Assembly: GCA_973895155.1 (NCBI GenBank) | Contig: OZ316892.1 | Coordinates: forward strand, 11,658,238-11,722,237 | Source of the DNA: Marsupella aquatica | Taxonomy: Eukaryota > Plantae > Marchantiophyta | Reading direction: 5' to 3' | DNA: 64,000 nucleotides | In this document: in pieces, positions 36,901 through 51,245 of the stretch | Position numbering within the stretch: the first letter of the stretch is position 1 | Layout: the number at the start of each line of letters is the position of its first letter | Position numbers and translations under genes: made by a program | The notes under the pieces: generated by a model | Database searches by the model: none | What the model was told of the DNA's origin: nothing | The model's input: only the letters and a program-made list of their open reading frames with translations

Positions 36901-39183
36901 CGGGAAACAGACCATCCTAAAATGGAAATAGCACCAATCCTCTATGACACGTCTGTCATACATGGAATCTTGGCTGCTCTGTGGAAAGGACTTGCGTGGC
37001 TCTTTGTGTGTTATCCTGGCAGTAAAACTATTTATTCGAGTCCAGACTTGCGTGGATATAGAGAATTAGAGATTTACTAGGTTGCCACTTCTTGTGGGTC
37101 AAAATAATATTTTCTCTCTTTTTTCAATTTGATTAGTATTTTGTTGTCTTTCTCCATCTTGGGTTAGGTAAACTAACTCAGGTTAGCTTGGAACAACCTG
37201 AAGATGGTCATGTTGCAACTCTTTTTGAATGAATGGGATGGTTGAGATCCTCTTGACCCTGATTGGTTAGTTTGGCTACCGCCCTCCACCTTGGGGCGAG
37301 TCTCTTACCGTCATGCCATCTGAACCTGTCCCACTCCTGGTCAACTTTAATTTGTAATAGGAAGAGACCCACCCCAAGCTGGAGGGTGCCAAGGTGTGCA
37401 GGTTGGAATTGAGGGGACTTTCAGCTATCAGATGCAAATTCAACCACTGTTGGATGTTTTAACCCGAGTTATTTTGCTTTGCTCTGGTTCAAAAAGATGG
37501 CGAAGTATTAAACTAAACGAGGGGCAAAAAATACTAGTACAGGGTGACTTGTGAGTCGTAACCACATATGAGAGCTCATCTTTAGGTTTTTAAGCTTGCA
37601 ATAAAAACTCCATTCAAGGTCAAAAAGGAAACGACTCAGATGGGTTAGGATGTGCGCTTGCACAGAGTGATTTGTGAGTTGTAACCTCACATGGGAGTAA
37701 CCTCATATGGGATACCCAAACACTCTTTGTACGGAATTCAAAAGTTTTTAAATTCTAAATCCATATCATCCGAGTCATCTCATACCACAAGGTTATAAAT
37801 CCTATGAGAGTAAAAGATTTGGGATGAGTGTCTCATCCCAGCTCATTTTGTGATTCTTCTAGTCTTCTAGATAGGAAAGAATGAAAAGGAGTATGAAAAT
37901 CCCATAGTGCACAAGATTTAGAATGACGAGAAGTTAAAAAAAAACTGCTGAAAACCAATAACAATAAGTGCCCCACCTCTAGTTTATGCATCCATTGCGT
38001 GGGTCCCAGATTATTTTTTAATAGTGTTCTTCTTATTCAGTTTACTGTTGACACAAATGTTTAAGGTATAGTTTTTATAGTTTCTCTATCGTAGTTGAAA
38101 AACTACCCCTATAATCCTGCTTAGAGGGAAGTTGGGTTATGGAAAACGAGCTTATCCTGCAGGGGCACAATATATTCCTGCATCCAAGATAAATGAAGCC
38201 TCCCTGAGATAACATTTCACTAAAAACCATTAATTTTGAATCCCAATTAATTGTGATAGTGGGCTTAGATAATGCCTTTCTTGTCAGGTGGCCAAAGGCA
38301 CACCGAACTTAGGTTTGAATAGGCCCTCCTTTGAAAGTGATAGTGGGGCCTTTGATAAAACCAAAAGAAAAAACTATCTGAAGAATATAAAATAGCTCTT
38401 GAAGGAGTGCCAAAGCAACCGCTTTAACAAACACCTATGACAAGAAAGATACCCTCTTCCATACATCAGCAACAATTCAACAATCTATACTATAAGCTGC
38501 TATGGAAGTCTACTATTCATGACCTACTCCATAAAATGAAGTCATAGGTTCTAATTTCTCTGGTAATAACAAACTTGGATATTTAGACATGCTTCTCAAT
38601 AGGGACTGGCGTGGGAAATTCTAGGTAGTAGGGGCCCTTCATATGCATGCGCACTGGTATTCGAGCTACTACAATACACACACAAGGCGCACCACACCCC
38701 TCCCTTTTCATAGTCTGTTTACAAAATGTCATTCTGGTGGAAGTTTCCCTTACTTTTTTCATCATGGTGACATTTTCTCATAATTATGAAATTGACCTAT
38801 AGGCGTCCCTGCGCACCTTTCCCACGCCCAATCCGTCACTCCCTGCAACTCTCACACTCCTCAAACACCAGTTGCCAGGCCAACTTGCGGACTCTCCATA
38901 ATGTCTGACCACCTGACCATCCACCTATGATAAGCAATTTTACTCAAGATCACTTACTATCTAAAATACCTGCCCCCAGGGCATCAAGCTACTAGGACAT
39001 GGTTGTTTGATGATCAAGCTAGTAGGATATGGTTCTTTGATTGACTGGTGTCGTGTGCTCCTCTACCGTCCCCCCTCCCCCTCCCTGTCTTTCTTTTCTT
39101 TCCTCTGGATGCGCGTTGATTTGAGCCGTCGAGCCTCTCAATCGACGGCACACCCTATTTGTTGCCCCCAATACACAACAAAA

Positions 39184-39332
39184 CGATACAATTGGCAGCC
39201 AAACGATTTTGATCCCCGTTTTTTGAGAAATAAACGAAGGGAAAGGCCTTAATGAGGCCCGATACAATTGGCAGCCGAACGATTTTGATCCCCTTTGAGA
39301 AATAAACGAAGGGAAAGGCCTTAATTGAGGCC
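39184..39332. repeat. ~76-bp tandem duplication upstream of the cold-shock gene
   Basis: cgatacaattggcagcc.aacgattttgatcccc..tttgagaaataaacgaagggaaaggccttaat(t)gaggcc x2. Confidence 0.85.
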
Positions 39333-40242
39333 GCAGAGGAGGGCGACGAAATACCGCTGCATCCAAACCCTCCACTTCCCTCCCCTTCTAGTTTCTACGC
39401 TTCTCTTCTCTTCTCTCCTCTTCTTCGCTTCTCTTTTGTTCTCGTCGCTTCGCTTCAGTTGGTGAGTCGGCCGCCATCACCATAGCCGCCTCCTCCTCTG
39501 CGCTCTGCTCTGCTCTGCTTCGTTGTTCATGAGGTGAGGGTCGGCTCATTGTCGTGTCCATAGGTGGTGGTGTTGCTCATGACGTCGTCGTCCGTTCCTC
39601 TATGCGACGCTTCCGTTCACGGCGGGCTGGTTCATTAATCCGGGGGGAGATGCAAGTAAGTGGATAAAGTCTGTCTGTCTGTCTCTCTCTCCCTTTCTGT
39701 CTTCTCAGTTTTTTGAGAGGAGGAGCGGCGGTGTGGGCTTGTGCTGTGTGGTGGTTACTAGAATTCCCATAGTTCTGCTTCTGCTGCTGCCTGCTGCTAC
39801 TGCGGGGGAGGGTTTACGTAGCTGAAACTGGAGGAGTTGGCCGGTATTTGTGATTTTCTTTCGAGCGGAAGAAGTGGAAAGGAGATTGGGTGGCGTCGCG
39901 GCGCCATTGACTGCTGATCGTGGAGCGGAAGGGAACGTGCGGGAATTGTGAGTGTGTGGCTGTTTGTTGCTTGTGAGCGGGGAGGGTTTCAGACGGCACC
40001 ACTTCGGTTTCTGTGTTTGCGACGAGAAGATCAAAAGACGCGTGCAGCAGGGGTTTGAGCTTCTGTTGAGTCGTTCTCCCCGCTAGAGTTGAGTCCGAGC
40101 GCATCCCCTAATCTTCTCTCACGTTGCGGAAGAAACGTCACTGACTGATATCGGCTGACTGTCAAGGAGAGAGAGAGAGAGAAGAGAGGGAGCGCGCGCG
40201 CGCGCAAGGGTTCGTATCGTATTCGTAGCTTTCTTCAAGTAG

Positions 40243-40842
<600 letters not shown>

Positions 40843-42716
40843 AGCGCAGCCCTACTTCGTTGTTGTTCTGAGCCGAATCCCTTCGGTGGAGACTCGGCAG
40901 TCGTTGGAGGGAGCGCTGTTAGGCTCTTTGTGTTGATTGTAATAGTGGTTTTTGCAAGGCCTAGGTAAGATAGCCTGTGGGGTGGGCTGTAATGTAGTGC
41001 CCTAGAAAGTTCAGCGCATTTTCTGCCTCCGAACGTATTTTGCTGTTGTATCACTGGAGTTGAAAGTCAGCAATACTGAAGCGGTAGTGACTGTAAAGCT
41101 TCGCAGTAGACTCTTTTCGGCTCGAAAACTTCTCAGTAGGTTTTTTTGGTGGGTTTTGAAGTGAATTTCCGGAAAGGTGCAAATCACTTTTTTAAGTTGG
41201 AGGATGCCCATGCTCAATGGGTGTGTTTTACTTACTTGGTGGTTTGCCTGCCAAAACATGCCATCGTCGCGATGTGCCTGTGGATCAGTAAGGATTGGAG
41301 GCTGGTAGGAATCGGAAGGGATGGAGGTGTTTGGGAAGGGTTTCCTATTTGTAATGGAGGTGGTGGGAGTTCTTTACTCAGCGTGAGAACGTGGCGTCCA
41401 AGCGGCTGGTCTCCTACTGTCTCACAGTGCAGTAACCAACCGTGTTTTCATTCTGCGCAGCGGATTTGAAGTCTCATACCTTGTACTTGGAGTTATCGTG
41501 TCTGCATTGCATGCTAGCGATCACCTCCTCAAGACTTTTTGTAGTGTTCCACGGCAATTGCCGGGACTGATGCTAGTACCCTCTCGCGACTCATCTGTCT
41601 CCATGGTTTTGTTCCTCCTTCTGAAGTTTTCTTTTGGCGTAGGCCGGGGGGCTTGGTTGGCTGGCAGACCTCGCTACGACTGTGACTCTTGTCTTGCGTA
41701 CTTGGTTGTCCCTCAACATGAGTGACATGCCCGGGAGACTTGCTTTTTTCGGTTGAGTTAGTTGCCAGTTTAGTTATTCTTGTAACTTTTGTTCTCACAT
41801 CATCAATCTGATTGACATTCGGGACGGCATTGAAGCCTGTTCTGTGAATTGTCCTCAAGAACATCCTCGTTTCATGTTTCCTACCCAGCTTGTCTCTCAC
41901 ATCAGCGGCTGGGCTTTTGACAACTATCTTGCATGGCACACTTGTGGCGTATGTTACTGCACTGCAATCGTTTTGCTAACTCGTCCGATTGAATACCTTG
42001 ATCAGCAATACAAGCACCTGGCTGTCCGTGTGTAAAATGTTGCGGCGGGATTCTGAATTGTCGTTTCTCAGCAATAGTTTGTGACATCCTCGTCGTATTT
42101 GCAACGCATCTTGCGGTAGTTTGGTCGTTGCAGCTCGCGGCGTCCTTCAAACGTTTTACGCGAATCTGTCTGTAGGATTTGAGCCGAGTTGCACTAGTCT
42201 TCTTAAACCCTATTTCACTGTACAGCTTATTTCGACTTAGAACGTGCGTGAAGTTCGTAATGGTGCACATCCGACAGTTTGCCCCCGTTTTTGACCGGAC
42301 TGTCTGTCATCGATAGTGCCGTTCGAGACATTGTGCGCGCAACAGTTTTCTCAGTTGTGACCTCTAGACAGTTGGTGCAGACATCCTCCTCGCCCAGTCG
42401 AATGAGTACATTTGCATGCAACTCTCTGCACAACTGAAGCTGGCCATGCATATATTTTATCTGCTAACGAGAATGAAGGCCTGACGGAATAGTAACGGCT
42501 GAAGATAGGGGACCATAATTATGCGGAAGGTAGTGGACCTATAACCCTTGGAATTACAGCGGCGGGGATGTAAAACAGTGGAGAAAAACAAGGGCCGGGA
42601 CACTTCAAGCACTTCAATGAACTCATGCAATCTCACCAAGTTAGCCAAAGACATCACGCGAAGAATTTATGAGTTTAACTACAAGCAGCTCCCTATCCGT
42701 GTGATCTGAAGCCCAT

Positions 42717-42955
42717 CAACATTTTCCTGAGTCTTGTCACTAAACATCTTTCCCATATCTGCCTAACAGCTTGAATAGCGCAGTTGTGTTAGGAGTAGTG
42801 CTGTGCGCTTTCTTCAATCCCAATTGTCGCCGACCCAACAACATTTTCCTGAGTCTTGTCACTAACATCTTTGCCATATCTCCCTAACAGCTTGAATAGC
42901 GCAGTTGTGTGAGGAGCAGTGCTTTGCGCTTGCTCCAATCTCAATTGTCACCGAC
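42717..42955. repeat. ~123-bp tandem duplication
   Basis: caacattttcctgagtcttgtcactaa...cctaacagcttgaatagcgcagttgtgt.aggag.agtgct...caattgtc.ccgacc x2. Confidence 0.85.
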
Positions 42956-43284
42956 CTCAATCGAGTTGCCAAATCCATTCATTGCGAGAACAATCTCTTG
43001 TCAGCTAGAGAGATTGGCAAAACCATGCCAAATGCTTCATCTGCTATGTAGTATAGGTGCCGAAAATACGAGGAGACAAGCATTAGCACTTAGCAGTGTT
43101 GGAAGGTGCGTGTTTCGAGGTTGTCACCTGTACAGCGGCGTTCCTTTCCTTACGGCGATCACATCTATTATGATTCGCGGTTCTTTTTGTTGGGCGATCA
43201 CTTTCTATCTTGGATCGAATGGGATCGGAGTAACATCCCTATGGCACATCTATTTTGATCCGAAAGTGCTTCAGTAGGGCTGCA

Positions 43285-43925
43285 CATTTTGCTCAACATG
43301 GTTCTGTCAGCCAGTTGCCCAAAATCGCTCCTCATTATCTCAAAAGCTAACTGCTCATTATGACCTCAAAAGAAAAATTGCTCAAACACACATCGGTCAG
43401 CAAATTGCTCACTATGATCGTAAACGCTAAAAGTGCTTACTATGGTAGTAAAAGCTAAATTGCTTAAACTTGGTTCTGTCTGCAATTGCCCAAATTGCTC
43501 ATTATGATCTGAATAGCTAAACTGCTCAAACACAGTTCTGTCAGGAAATTGCTTATTATGATAGTTTAGGAGCTAAATTACTTACTATGTTCGTAATAGC
43601 TAAATCGCTTAAACATGGTTCTGTCAGCAAATGGAACAAATTGCTCCTTATCATCTCGAAAATTAAATTGCTTATTATGATCGTAAATGCTAAATTTCTT
43701 AAACATGGTTGTGTCTGCAATTGCCCAAATTGCTCATTATGATCTGAAAAGCTAAATTGCTCCAACACTGTTCTGTCAGCAAATTGCTTATTATGATATT
43801 AAACGCGAAATTGCTTACTATGGTCGTAAAAGCTAAATTGCTTAAACATGGTTCTGTCAGGACATATCCGCAAACGTGATTCTGTCAGAACAAAAGCACA
43901 TCTGCTCAAATGGGATTCTGTCAGC
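43285..43925. repeat. degenerate satellite-like array of ~28-bp subunits
   Basis: Recurrent aaagctaaattgct(c/t)attatgatc and aaacatggttctgtcagc motifs. Confidence 0.85.
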
Positions 43926-44385
43926 GTTCAGTTTGATGAATATTGTGGGGACATTTTATCATCCTTTGATCATTATCCTGCAGACTCTTCATCTAGCCCG
44001 AAGGGTTAAGATTCATTGTAGAAAAGAGCATTCAGTTTGATGAATACCTTGGGGAGGTTTTATTTATCTTCAATGGGTGTGATCAGCTTTTTTATCATTA
44101 TCTTGCAGACTCTTTATCTAGCTCGAAGGGTCAAGATCCATTGCAGAAAAGAGAACTCTCTATCCAGCTTTAAGGGTTAAGATCCAGTGTAGAAAAGAGC
44201 ATTCAGTTCGATCAATGGGAAGGCTTTATCTATCTTGAATGATTAAGATCAGCTTTTTTTATCATTATCTTGGGGACCTTTATCTAGCTTGAAGGGTTGA
44301 GATCCATTGTAGAAAAGCTCAGCTTGAACATTATCTTGGGGAGGCTTTATCTAACTTGAAGGGTTTAAAATCCAATGTAGAAAGA
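43926..44385. repeat. degenerate tandem repeat
   Basis: Recurrent tttatctagct.gaagggttaagatccattgtagaaaagagcattcagttt unit. Confidence 0.75.
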
Positions 44386-46538
44386 AACAAAAAAGAAGAG
44401 TACAGCATGATTTATAAGTCAGTTTTGGATGACACATAGGAACAGCTATGCCAAAGACACTGGTGATGCATTAGTATTTACTCAAATTGCTCAACATGAT
44501 CTAATATGTTGGTTTTGTACAATTGGGATATACGCACCACCAATACCTGAAAAGTATGGAGATCAAATTTTCCTAGGAAATTGCTCAACATGATTCTGTC
44601 ACAATGCAAATGGCTCAATATGTACAATGGATGCACCAGACCAGAAAAAGATGGACAAGTGTGCACTGTTTTGTTTTAACTGTTTTGAAAAGAACACAAC
44701 AGTGACAAGCACTGAGGGGGTCCGACCAACCAGCCCAAAAAGGGACCTACACCTAGTCAGGCAATGCGATTTAAAAGAGCCACATGATAGTGGCCAGCTC
44801 AAGATCCCAGTACTGAATTCCAACTATTCTTCCCACTGCTAACCTGGGCAAGGGCGCTAACAAAATTTTGCTGTTTCGAGTAGTGTCGTTGGAGCTTGAC
44901 CGCAGTCTCATATGAATCAGGTTTGTTGGTTTCTGGTACTTCTGAGGTTAGTGCAAAGAGACCCAATCACATGGAATCCTTTGCTGCTTACGATAACTCG
45001 ACTAAGTTTGCATTGTTAGTTTTAATGCTCTTGGCACTTTTAGTAGGTGGACTACATGTGCACTTTCTTTTTGGGAGGTCTCCAAAGAGATTTTAGCTGT
45101 TCAGTAAAACACAATTAAGTTTCTGTACAATGCTCATCATACCCTAAATGCTAAATCGTCTAACTTTCTAGACATGGCTGGGTTTATGGATACAGCATTT
45201 CCATATTCAGGAACTATGGGAGCTTCAATTTCTTCCTCTGGTGCCAGTGCCTACTCTTCATTAGCACCAGTAGTTCTCACCTACAAGAGAACGACCTCAT
45301 CTACTTACAAGACCTTCGTACCGAGATATGACCCCACTTTAGCAATGAAATAGGGATAACGATTTCTCATCAATAGAGTATCCGACCCACAGCACAGTGA
45401 TATCCGGTCTGATACGCAGTACACACCGCTCTACATACGGATAGTACTATGATCTAATACCTTCCATAGAGACTTCCTCTTGATGCTTGATTCAACACCA
45501 ATGGAAAGATATAGACAAACAAAATGAAAATCCATCGTGTAATGAAGATAACTTGATAAAATTGGTTCAATCCTGCTTTCAGCGTCTAATGATCTTCGTA
45601 CCAAGATTTTACTGATTTTCAACAAAAGTGGACATCTCATGCTCTGGCTAGCACACACTTAACTGTGAAGTGCTAATGTGACACCTTTCTGGCTCCAGAG
45701 CACACATAGGAGTTGGAGTTGACTGTCAAACTCGGAACAAGTCTGACAGTTCCTAGAGGAGTGCTTGCTACTATAAAAGTCGTCACTGGTGACACAGATG
45801 TGGATCCAATATGCATTAATCAACTATGATGCAAGGTGGTCCATAAAATCTTCAAATTATGGTACATGATAGTACACTAACCGGATATCGTAGTGGATAG
45901 GAAAGGCAGTCGTCATTCTAACAGAAGTCTGGATTACGACACACAACATTTCACTTAACCTTCTCAACTTTCTAATTATCCTTCCCTCGTCCATTACAGC
46001 CTTGTTTCCACCGAAACACTTCAGAGCACGTGCAAATCCCTAGATGACTGAATGGATGACAACCATTATATCTTGAGCACATATCGAGTGTAGGTGTGGA
46101 GTCACATGCTTCGAGTATTTCATTCTAATCGTAAGATTGTAGATTTTCATATCTACATGGGATCCTACATGGATTTCCTATATGGACTCGAGCCAAAGAA
46201 AACAAGCTTGACAGAAAAATTAAATTGCAAGCGTGCACTTCGTCCAAAAATTGCACAAAAAATAAATCACCACTCACCAAAGTGATCAATGGCTGATTTC
46301 CCCATCAAACAATTGATTCTATATTCATAGCTGACACATCAACCTTGCTTCTACTTTCTTCCTTGGTATCAGTTGGGCAACTGTTGCACAACTTTGAGAT
46401 GCGAACAAAGATCTTCAGATGCAGACATGACTCTCCAAGGATTCTGAGGTTGACAATCAGCGCAGACTCACCTAACCTTCTTTTATACACCCTATCCATC
46501 AATTAAACCCAAATTTTGAAATTGAGTTCTAATTATCT

Positions 46539-49500
46539 TTATGTTTTGCGCTTCTTCTTAGCTTTTCGAAGTCGTTCTTCTCTTTCCTCTGCCTCAATCA
46601 TTGCCAACTCCCTCTCATCTTCCAGCCTCGCTTCTCGAGCACTGCAAAGTCAAATACTTACATCAGATTATGGAAACACAACACTTTCAAATTAAACAGA
46701 TAAGAATTCTCCATGTCCAACTTGCAAGGTCTCTTCTTCTTGTTAAACTTGGTTGAACAGTAAGGTATTTCTCTCCAGTTCCCTGCTTGGGTACGATTCC
46801 AGAGACCCTCGGCTGCTGTGATTCTTCTGTGTCTAAGGCACGGTATTCCATTTACTCTTAACACACAAACCGATGGAACATCTGCTAAAAGCTGTCAACT
46901 CACGTACCTCATTTCTCTAAGTGCGAACACACATCATGACACGAATTAGATAAAAATTGACTCTACCCTTTCTGCAGAACAGACACTAAATGATGTACCT
47001 TCTACGTTCTTCTGCTTGGATGGTGCGGAATCCAACTTCCATTGAGCGATCATCGAAGTCGTCGTTTCCCCGATATTTGTTTGGATTGTATCTGCCAAGG
47101 CACTCAGCAAAAGTTGACAGTCTGGTACCATAGACATACCACTAAGACTTCTTGCTCGGTAACTTCTCAGTAAGAAATACGATTTGAGTAAAATCATTAA
47201 AAATGAAAGGAGCTTGACATTATACCATCCTGAAGAGATTTCCGAGTTGAAACCAAAGGAAAACGAAGAAGAGCCATACCCCATAATACTGTGGATCATA
47301 CTTGAGACATTGGTAGGATCATCATCATCATCAATGAAAGAGTCATCATCATCCTCGCTTGGACTTCGACCTCGTGCAGTTAGACGAACTGAGTTAACAG
47401 CTACAACTGGAAGCTTGTTCCTGCGAGTAGGCTGCTCATCCGATTCCTCACTAGAGCTTCGAGCTCTCTTATGCCTCGCCTCGCCTTGCCGTCGATCTTC
47501 TGAGTACCTTGCTCTATTGTAGTCGGAAAGCGCTGCTCGTGAAGCGCCTTTTGGTTGGGGCTTCCGTTCCAATTTCTGATCCAAAAAGATTAGATTCCGC
47601 AACCTTGCCAGCAGAGAAAACTCATGTCTACCATCATTTTGCAGTGAGGAATTAAACTCAAGTGGGCAAATATTTCTAAGTAAAATGCAGGAGACCTCTG
47701 TCCCAACATGACATAACTCAATTAGTCTACTTTTCTCACCTGAGAAGTTGATACATTGGGCTTAGTTTCTCCACGAATAGCTGCTGTTCTATAGGTAGCA
47801 CTTGTTGGAGCTCCCTTCTTCAAACCCTGAGACATGACTGTAGCTTTCTCAGCAGAGTTCGTCCGAACTCGCTCCCTTTCTTTAATTTGGGCGGGCTTCA
47901 TTCCTGTAGACTGGGTCTGGTGCCGATTCGTAGCATGAGCGGGTTGCCTCTCTGCAGGCCGAGAAGGTAGCCGATCGGGTTGCCGGGTAGGCCGCCTATC
48001 TGGTTGCTGAGCGCCAGGCCTGTCTGGTTGCTGGGCGCCAGGCCTGTCTGGTTGCTGAGCGCGAGGCCTATCCCTCACCTGGTTGCGGTCTCTTTCCAAA
48101 ATTTGAGAATTCCTCCTGTCGAGCGCTAGAGAAGGTTGCGGACGTCGGACAGCTGAAATACTTTTATTTACATCAGATGCCCTGGAGGCAGCAACCAGCC
48201 TTTTCGTCATTTCTACCTTTCTCAATTTTGGCTCCCCTTTAGGCTCTGGCCGGCCTGGTCCAGCAGAAGAGACCTTACTTATTAATGGCTTGGCCGACGT
48301 ACCTACAATGGACATATTTTTCATGGCAGATATATTTGAAGGGGAGTCATAGTGGCCCTGCCTTGGCAATGACCTCGAGAGTTGTGAGGATTTAGATTGG
48401 CTTTGAAGTGGTCTTGAAGATGTAGCAGATCCACCGGAGAGTCTTGATTCTGGAGTGCTCTTGGGTCGTTCTGAAGTAAGCTTTCGAGGGGAATGATTGT
48501 TAACAACAACAGATGTTGTATCGTGCTTTCTTACCCCTGAACACCCCACATGAGCGGTAAGAGAAGATCACTCAAATAAAGTCTGGAAACTTGTTACCGT
48601 GGTAACAATTTTAAGGTTATATCCCAACCACAGCTCAAAATGCAGGTAATCATCTCACCAAGCTTTGAAGATGACGGGCCTTCTCTGTCTGCGATCTTAG
48701 GGCCAGGCAATGGTGAATCATCAAATAAAAATGAGTAGTCTCGTGCTTCTTTCAATTTCCGCGTTTTCTCGGTGGTCTGTGTGATACAGAGCACAACATC
48801 AGAGTGAGCTGCAAAGATAAGACTGAGATCAAATCTGCAAACTGGTCGTCAACTTTGCTTGTTCAACTATTTACTCACAAACTTCCAGCTTGTACATGTC
48901 AATATTTAGGTTTAGTAGTTCCACCTTCATGAGGATTATGACATCGAGAGAAGTCTACTGGTCAAACTTCAAGAACCAGGCAATCAATATCAGGAATTTA
49001 TTTTCCAGAATATCTCCCAATAAATATTGCAAGTCAAATAGTGCAAACTATAATTAACAAGCAACTCTGTCCGACAACAACTCTGGACCCATTCAATGAG
49101 AATCATGTAGGTTCCTCACTTTGTCCACAGGCTTGGGAGGCTCAACAAGAGGCCTGCGGTCACGAGAAACCTTTCCAGCTGACAAACTAGCGACTTTCTT
49201 CTTGTGCTCAGCCTGCACAGCGATCAAGGCATACTTCATCATAAATGTTTTTGGGGAACATCAACCAATATCGATTTTAATCACGTTTCAAATGCAAAGT
49301 TAGTGAGACGAATTCCTTAATTAATGACTTTGTTTGCTTTGGATCGTTTCAAGTGCCCTCCCATAAGCTCAACACTTCTTGCATTATTTGCAATTCTCGA
49401 TTCAAGCACATGCGACACAGCAAAATCAGTTTGCTACTGACGAAGCCGACTGTGAAACAGATGGCTAACTCACCTCCACTCTTGCCTTAGTGTCTCTAGC

Positions 49501-50259
49501 TGCCACAATTTCCGCCTCTTCCCGTGCACGAGCTTCTTCAATAATCCGTTTCGCGACAACTGGTTCAGATGGGCCAAAAAATGACCCAAAGCTGTACACA
49601 TCGCCAGGAGCTCAGACAATCATAGACACACAGACGCATGTCCAAAAATGATCACCCAGTAACCACAACGGGGAACAAAAAAGACAACTAGGAAAAGGGG
49701 CAAGAGACCTCACCTACGATCATTAGGCAATTTTTTCTTCTCTTTCGAGAGAGCCAAACCCCCTCCGCTCCTGCTACTCCCGTGTTCCTTGTTCTGCTCG
49801 CCTGCTTTCGGAACCTCATCTCCGCGACCACTAGCGTGTAAGCCATTCTTCCCTTTCGTCAATTTTTGGCGTTCAAGCTCTTTAAGCCTTCGTCGGCGGT
49901 TCAAATATTCCTGCCGCTCTGGACTCACATCATCAGCGTCTGAATCCAATTGTCTATCTTTACTCCTTCCCCTGTTTTGCCTCCGAGGCGTTGGGACTTC
50001 GGCATCGTCACCGTCTAATAAACGGGAATAGTCTCGGTTCCTTCGAAGGTACTCCTGTTTCAGGAAGTGAATGAGGTCAGGGCCGAGCTGTAACTCAACG
50101 ATCCAGGATAAGGATACAGACTCCGAAAGGGGTGCCAAACCACATTGTTCCCGGTCACTTAAATCTGCTATGTGGCAAACTCAAATCAAGCACTCTCATA
50201 CGCCTCCACGGTACACTCTACGAATTCTTTCAACTCACAGTTTTCTCATCTCTCCACAT
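46539..50259 (-). CDS. SPT2: SPT2-like chromatin protein (histone chaperone), about 9 exons
   Basis: Splicing gives the C-terminal SPT2 signature FIDDDD..NVSSMIHSIMGYNPNKY..DD.DDRSMEVGFRTIQAEERRSAREARLEDERE. N-terminal EYL.RRRRLKE, FGSFFGPSEPV and LKEARDYSFL motifs. Start MWRDEKT (50259-50239) is inferred from a GTGAGT donor. Confidence 0.85.
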
Positions 50260-50825
50260 TTTGTGACGATCACAGGGTAAGGACGTCCAATTTATCCTTT
50301 CATCCAAACCTCCTCGGCAACCGACTTCGCCGACACCTCCTTCTCAACGATACTCCAAAGAGAAACATCTTCTTCTGCCTTCTGCAAATCGCATGCTCGT
50401 GCTCGTCCATTACTCACAAACCCTAACTCGAAGCACTTCACATCATTTCCCAGCAAACCTCAAATTTCCATCCGCGAACGCAGTCTATGCAATTAAATTT
50501 CGACTGCTTGTCCACAGCGTCTGAGCTCTGGACTGGCGCTGCAGGGAAGGTTTTAAGCTACAGTGCGTGCTCCATTGATGATTGCGTTGATGCGTGTCCA
50601 GTGACTCTTGAGCTTTACAACAGTAGCGGAATTGAAAGCGCACTCTCTCCTCAGCAGAATTATCGAGAAGCTTTGAACGGACATGGAGTGTGTCGTGCCT
50701 CGTCGTTGCTGTAACTTCGAATGCAATTTCTACAACGGGAACGAGAAACGAATCGGGGAGCAGAGAGCGGCCATTGAAGTCCTCTGGACAACAAGGATCT
50801 CCAACCTGTAACCAGACCGAATCAC

Positions 50826-50847
50826 TATATATATATATATATATATA
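50826..50847. repeat. (TA)n microsatellite flanking the Helitron 3' end
   Basis: tatatatatatatatatatata. Confidence 0.9.
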
Positions 50848-50878
50848 TTAGTCCCATGCCCGTGCGTTGCACGAAAGA

Positions 50879-51160
50879 CTTCGAGTGAGGGCAAGATTTC
50901 GAGTGAGGGCAAGATGTTGAGGCGAGGGCAAGATGTCGAGCTGAGTGCAAGATTTGGAGGTGAGAGCAAGATTTCGAGTGAGGGAAAGATGTCGAGGTGA
51001 GTGCAAGATTTGGAGGTGAGGGCAAGATGTCCAGGTGAGGGCAAGATGTCGAGGTGAGTGCAAGATTTGGAGGTGAGAGCAGGATGTCAAGGTGAGGGCA
51101 AGATCTTGAGATGAGAGCAAGTTAGATGTTGAGGTGAGGGTAAAATTTTGAGGCGAGGCA
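50879..51160. repeat. Helitron 3' subterminal ~19-20-bp minisatellite
   Basis: About 14 variants of gaggtgagggcaagat(gtc/ttc/ttg). Confidence 0.9.
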
Positions 51161-51245
51161 AACATAGTTGTGCATTGCAAACTTATAATTCAGGCAAAAA
51201 GTCAAAGAGATTAATACAAAAGTGATACAATATTTATTCAGGTGT

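Noticed and set aside
35380-38900. Probable degraded transposon remnants and short ORFs
   Set aside because: No recognisable domains, termini, PBS or paired LTRs.
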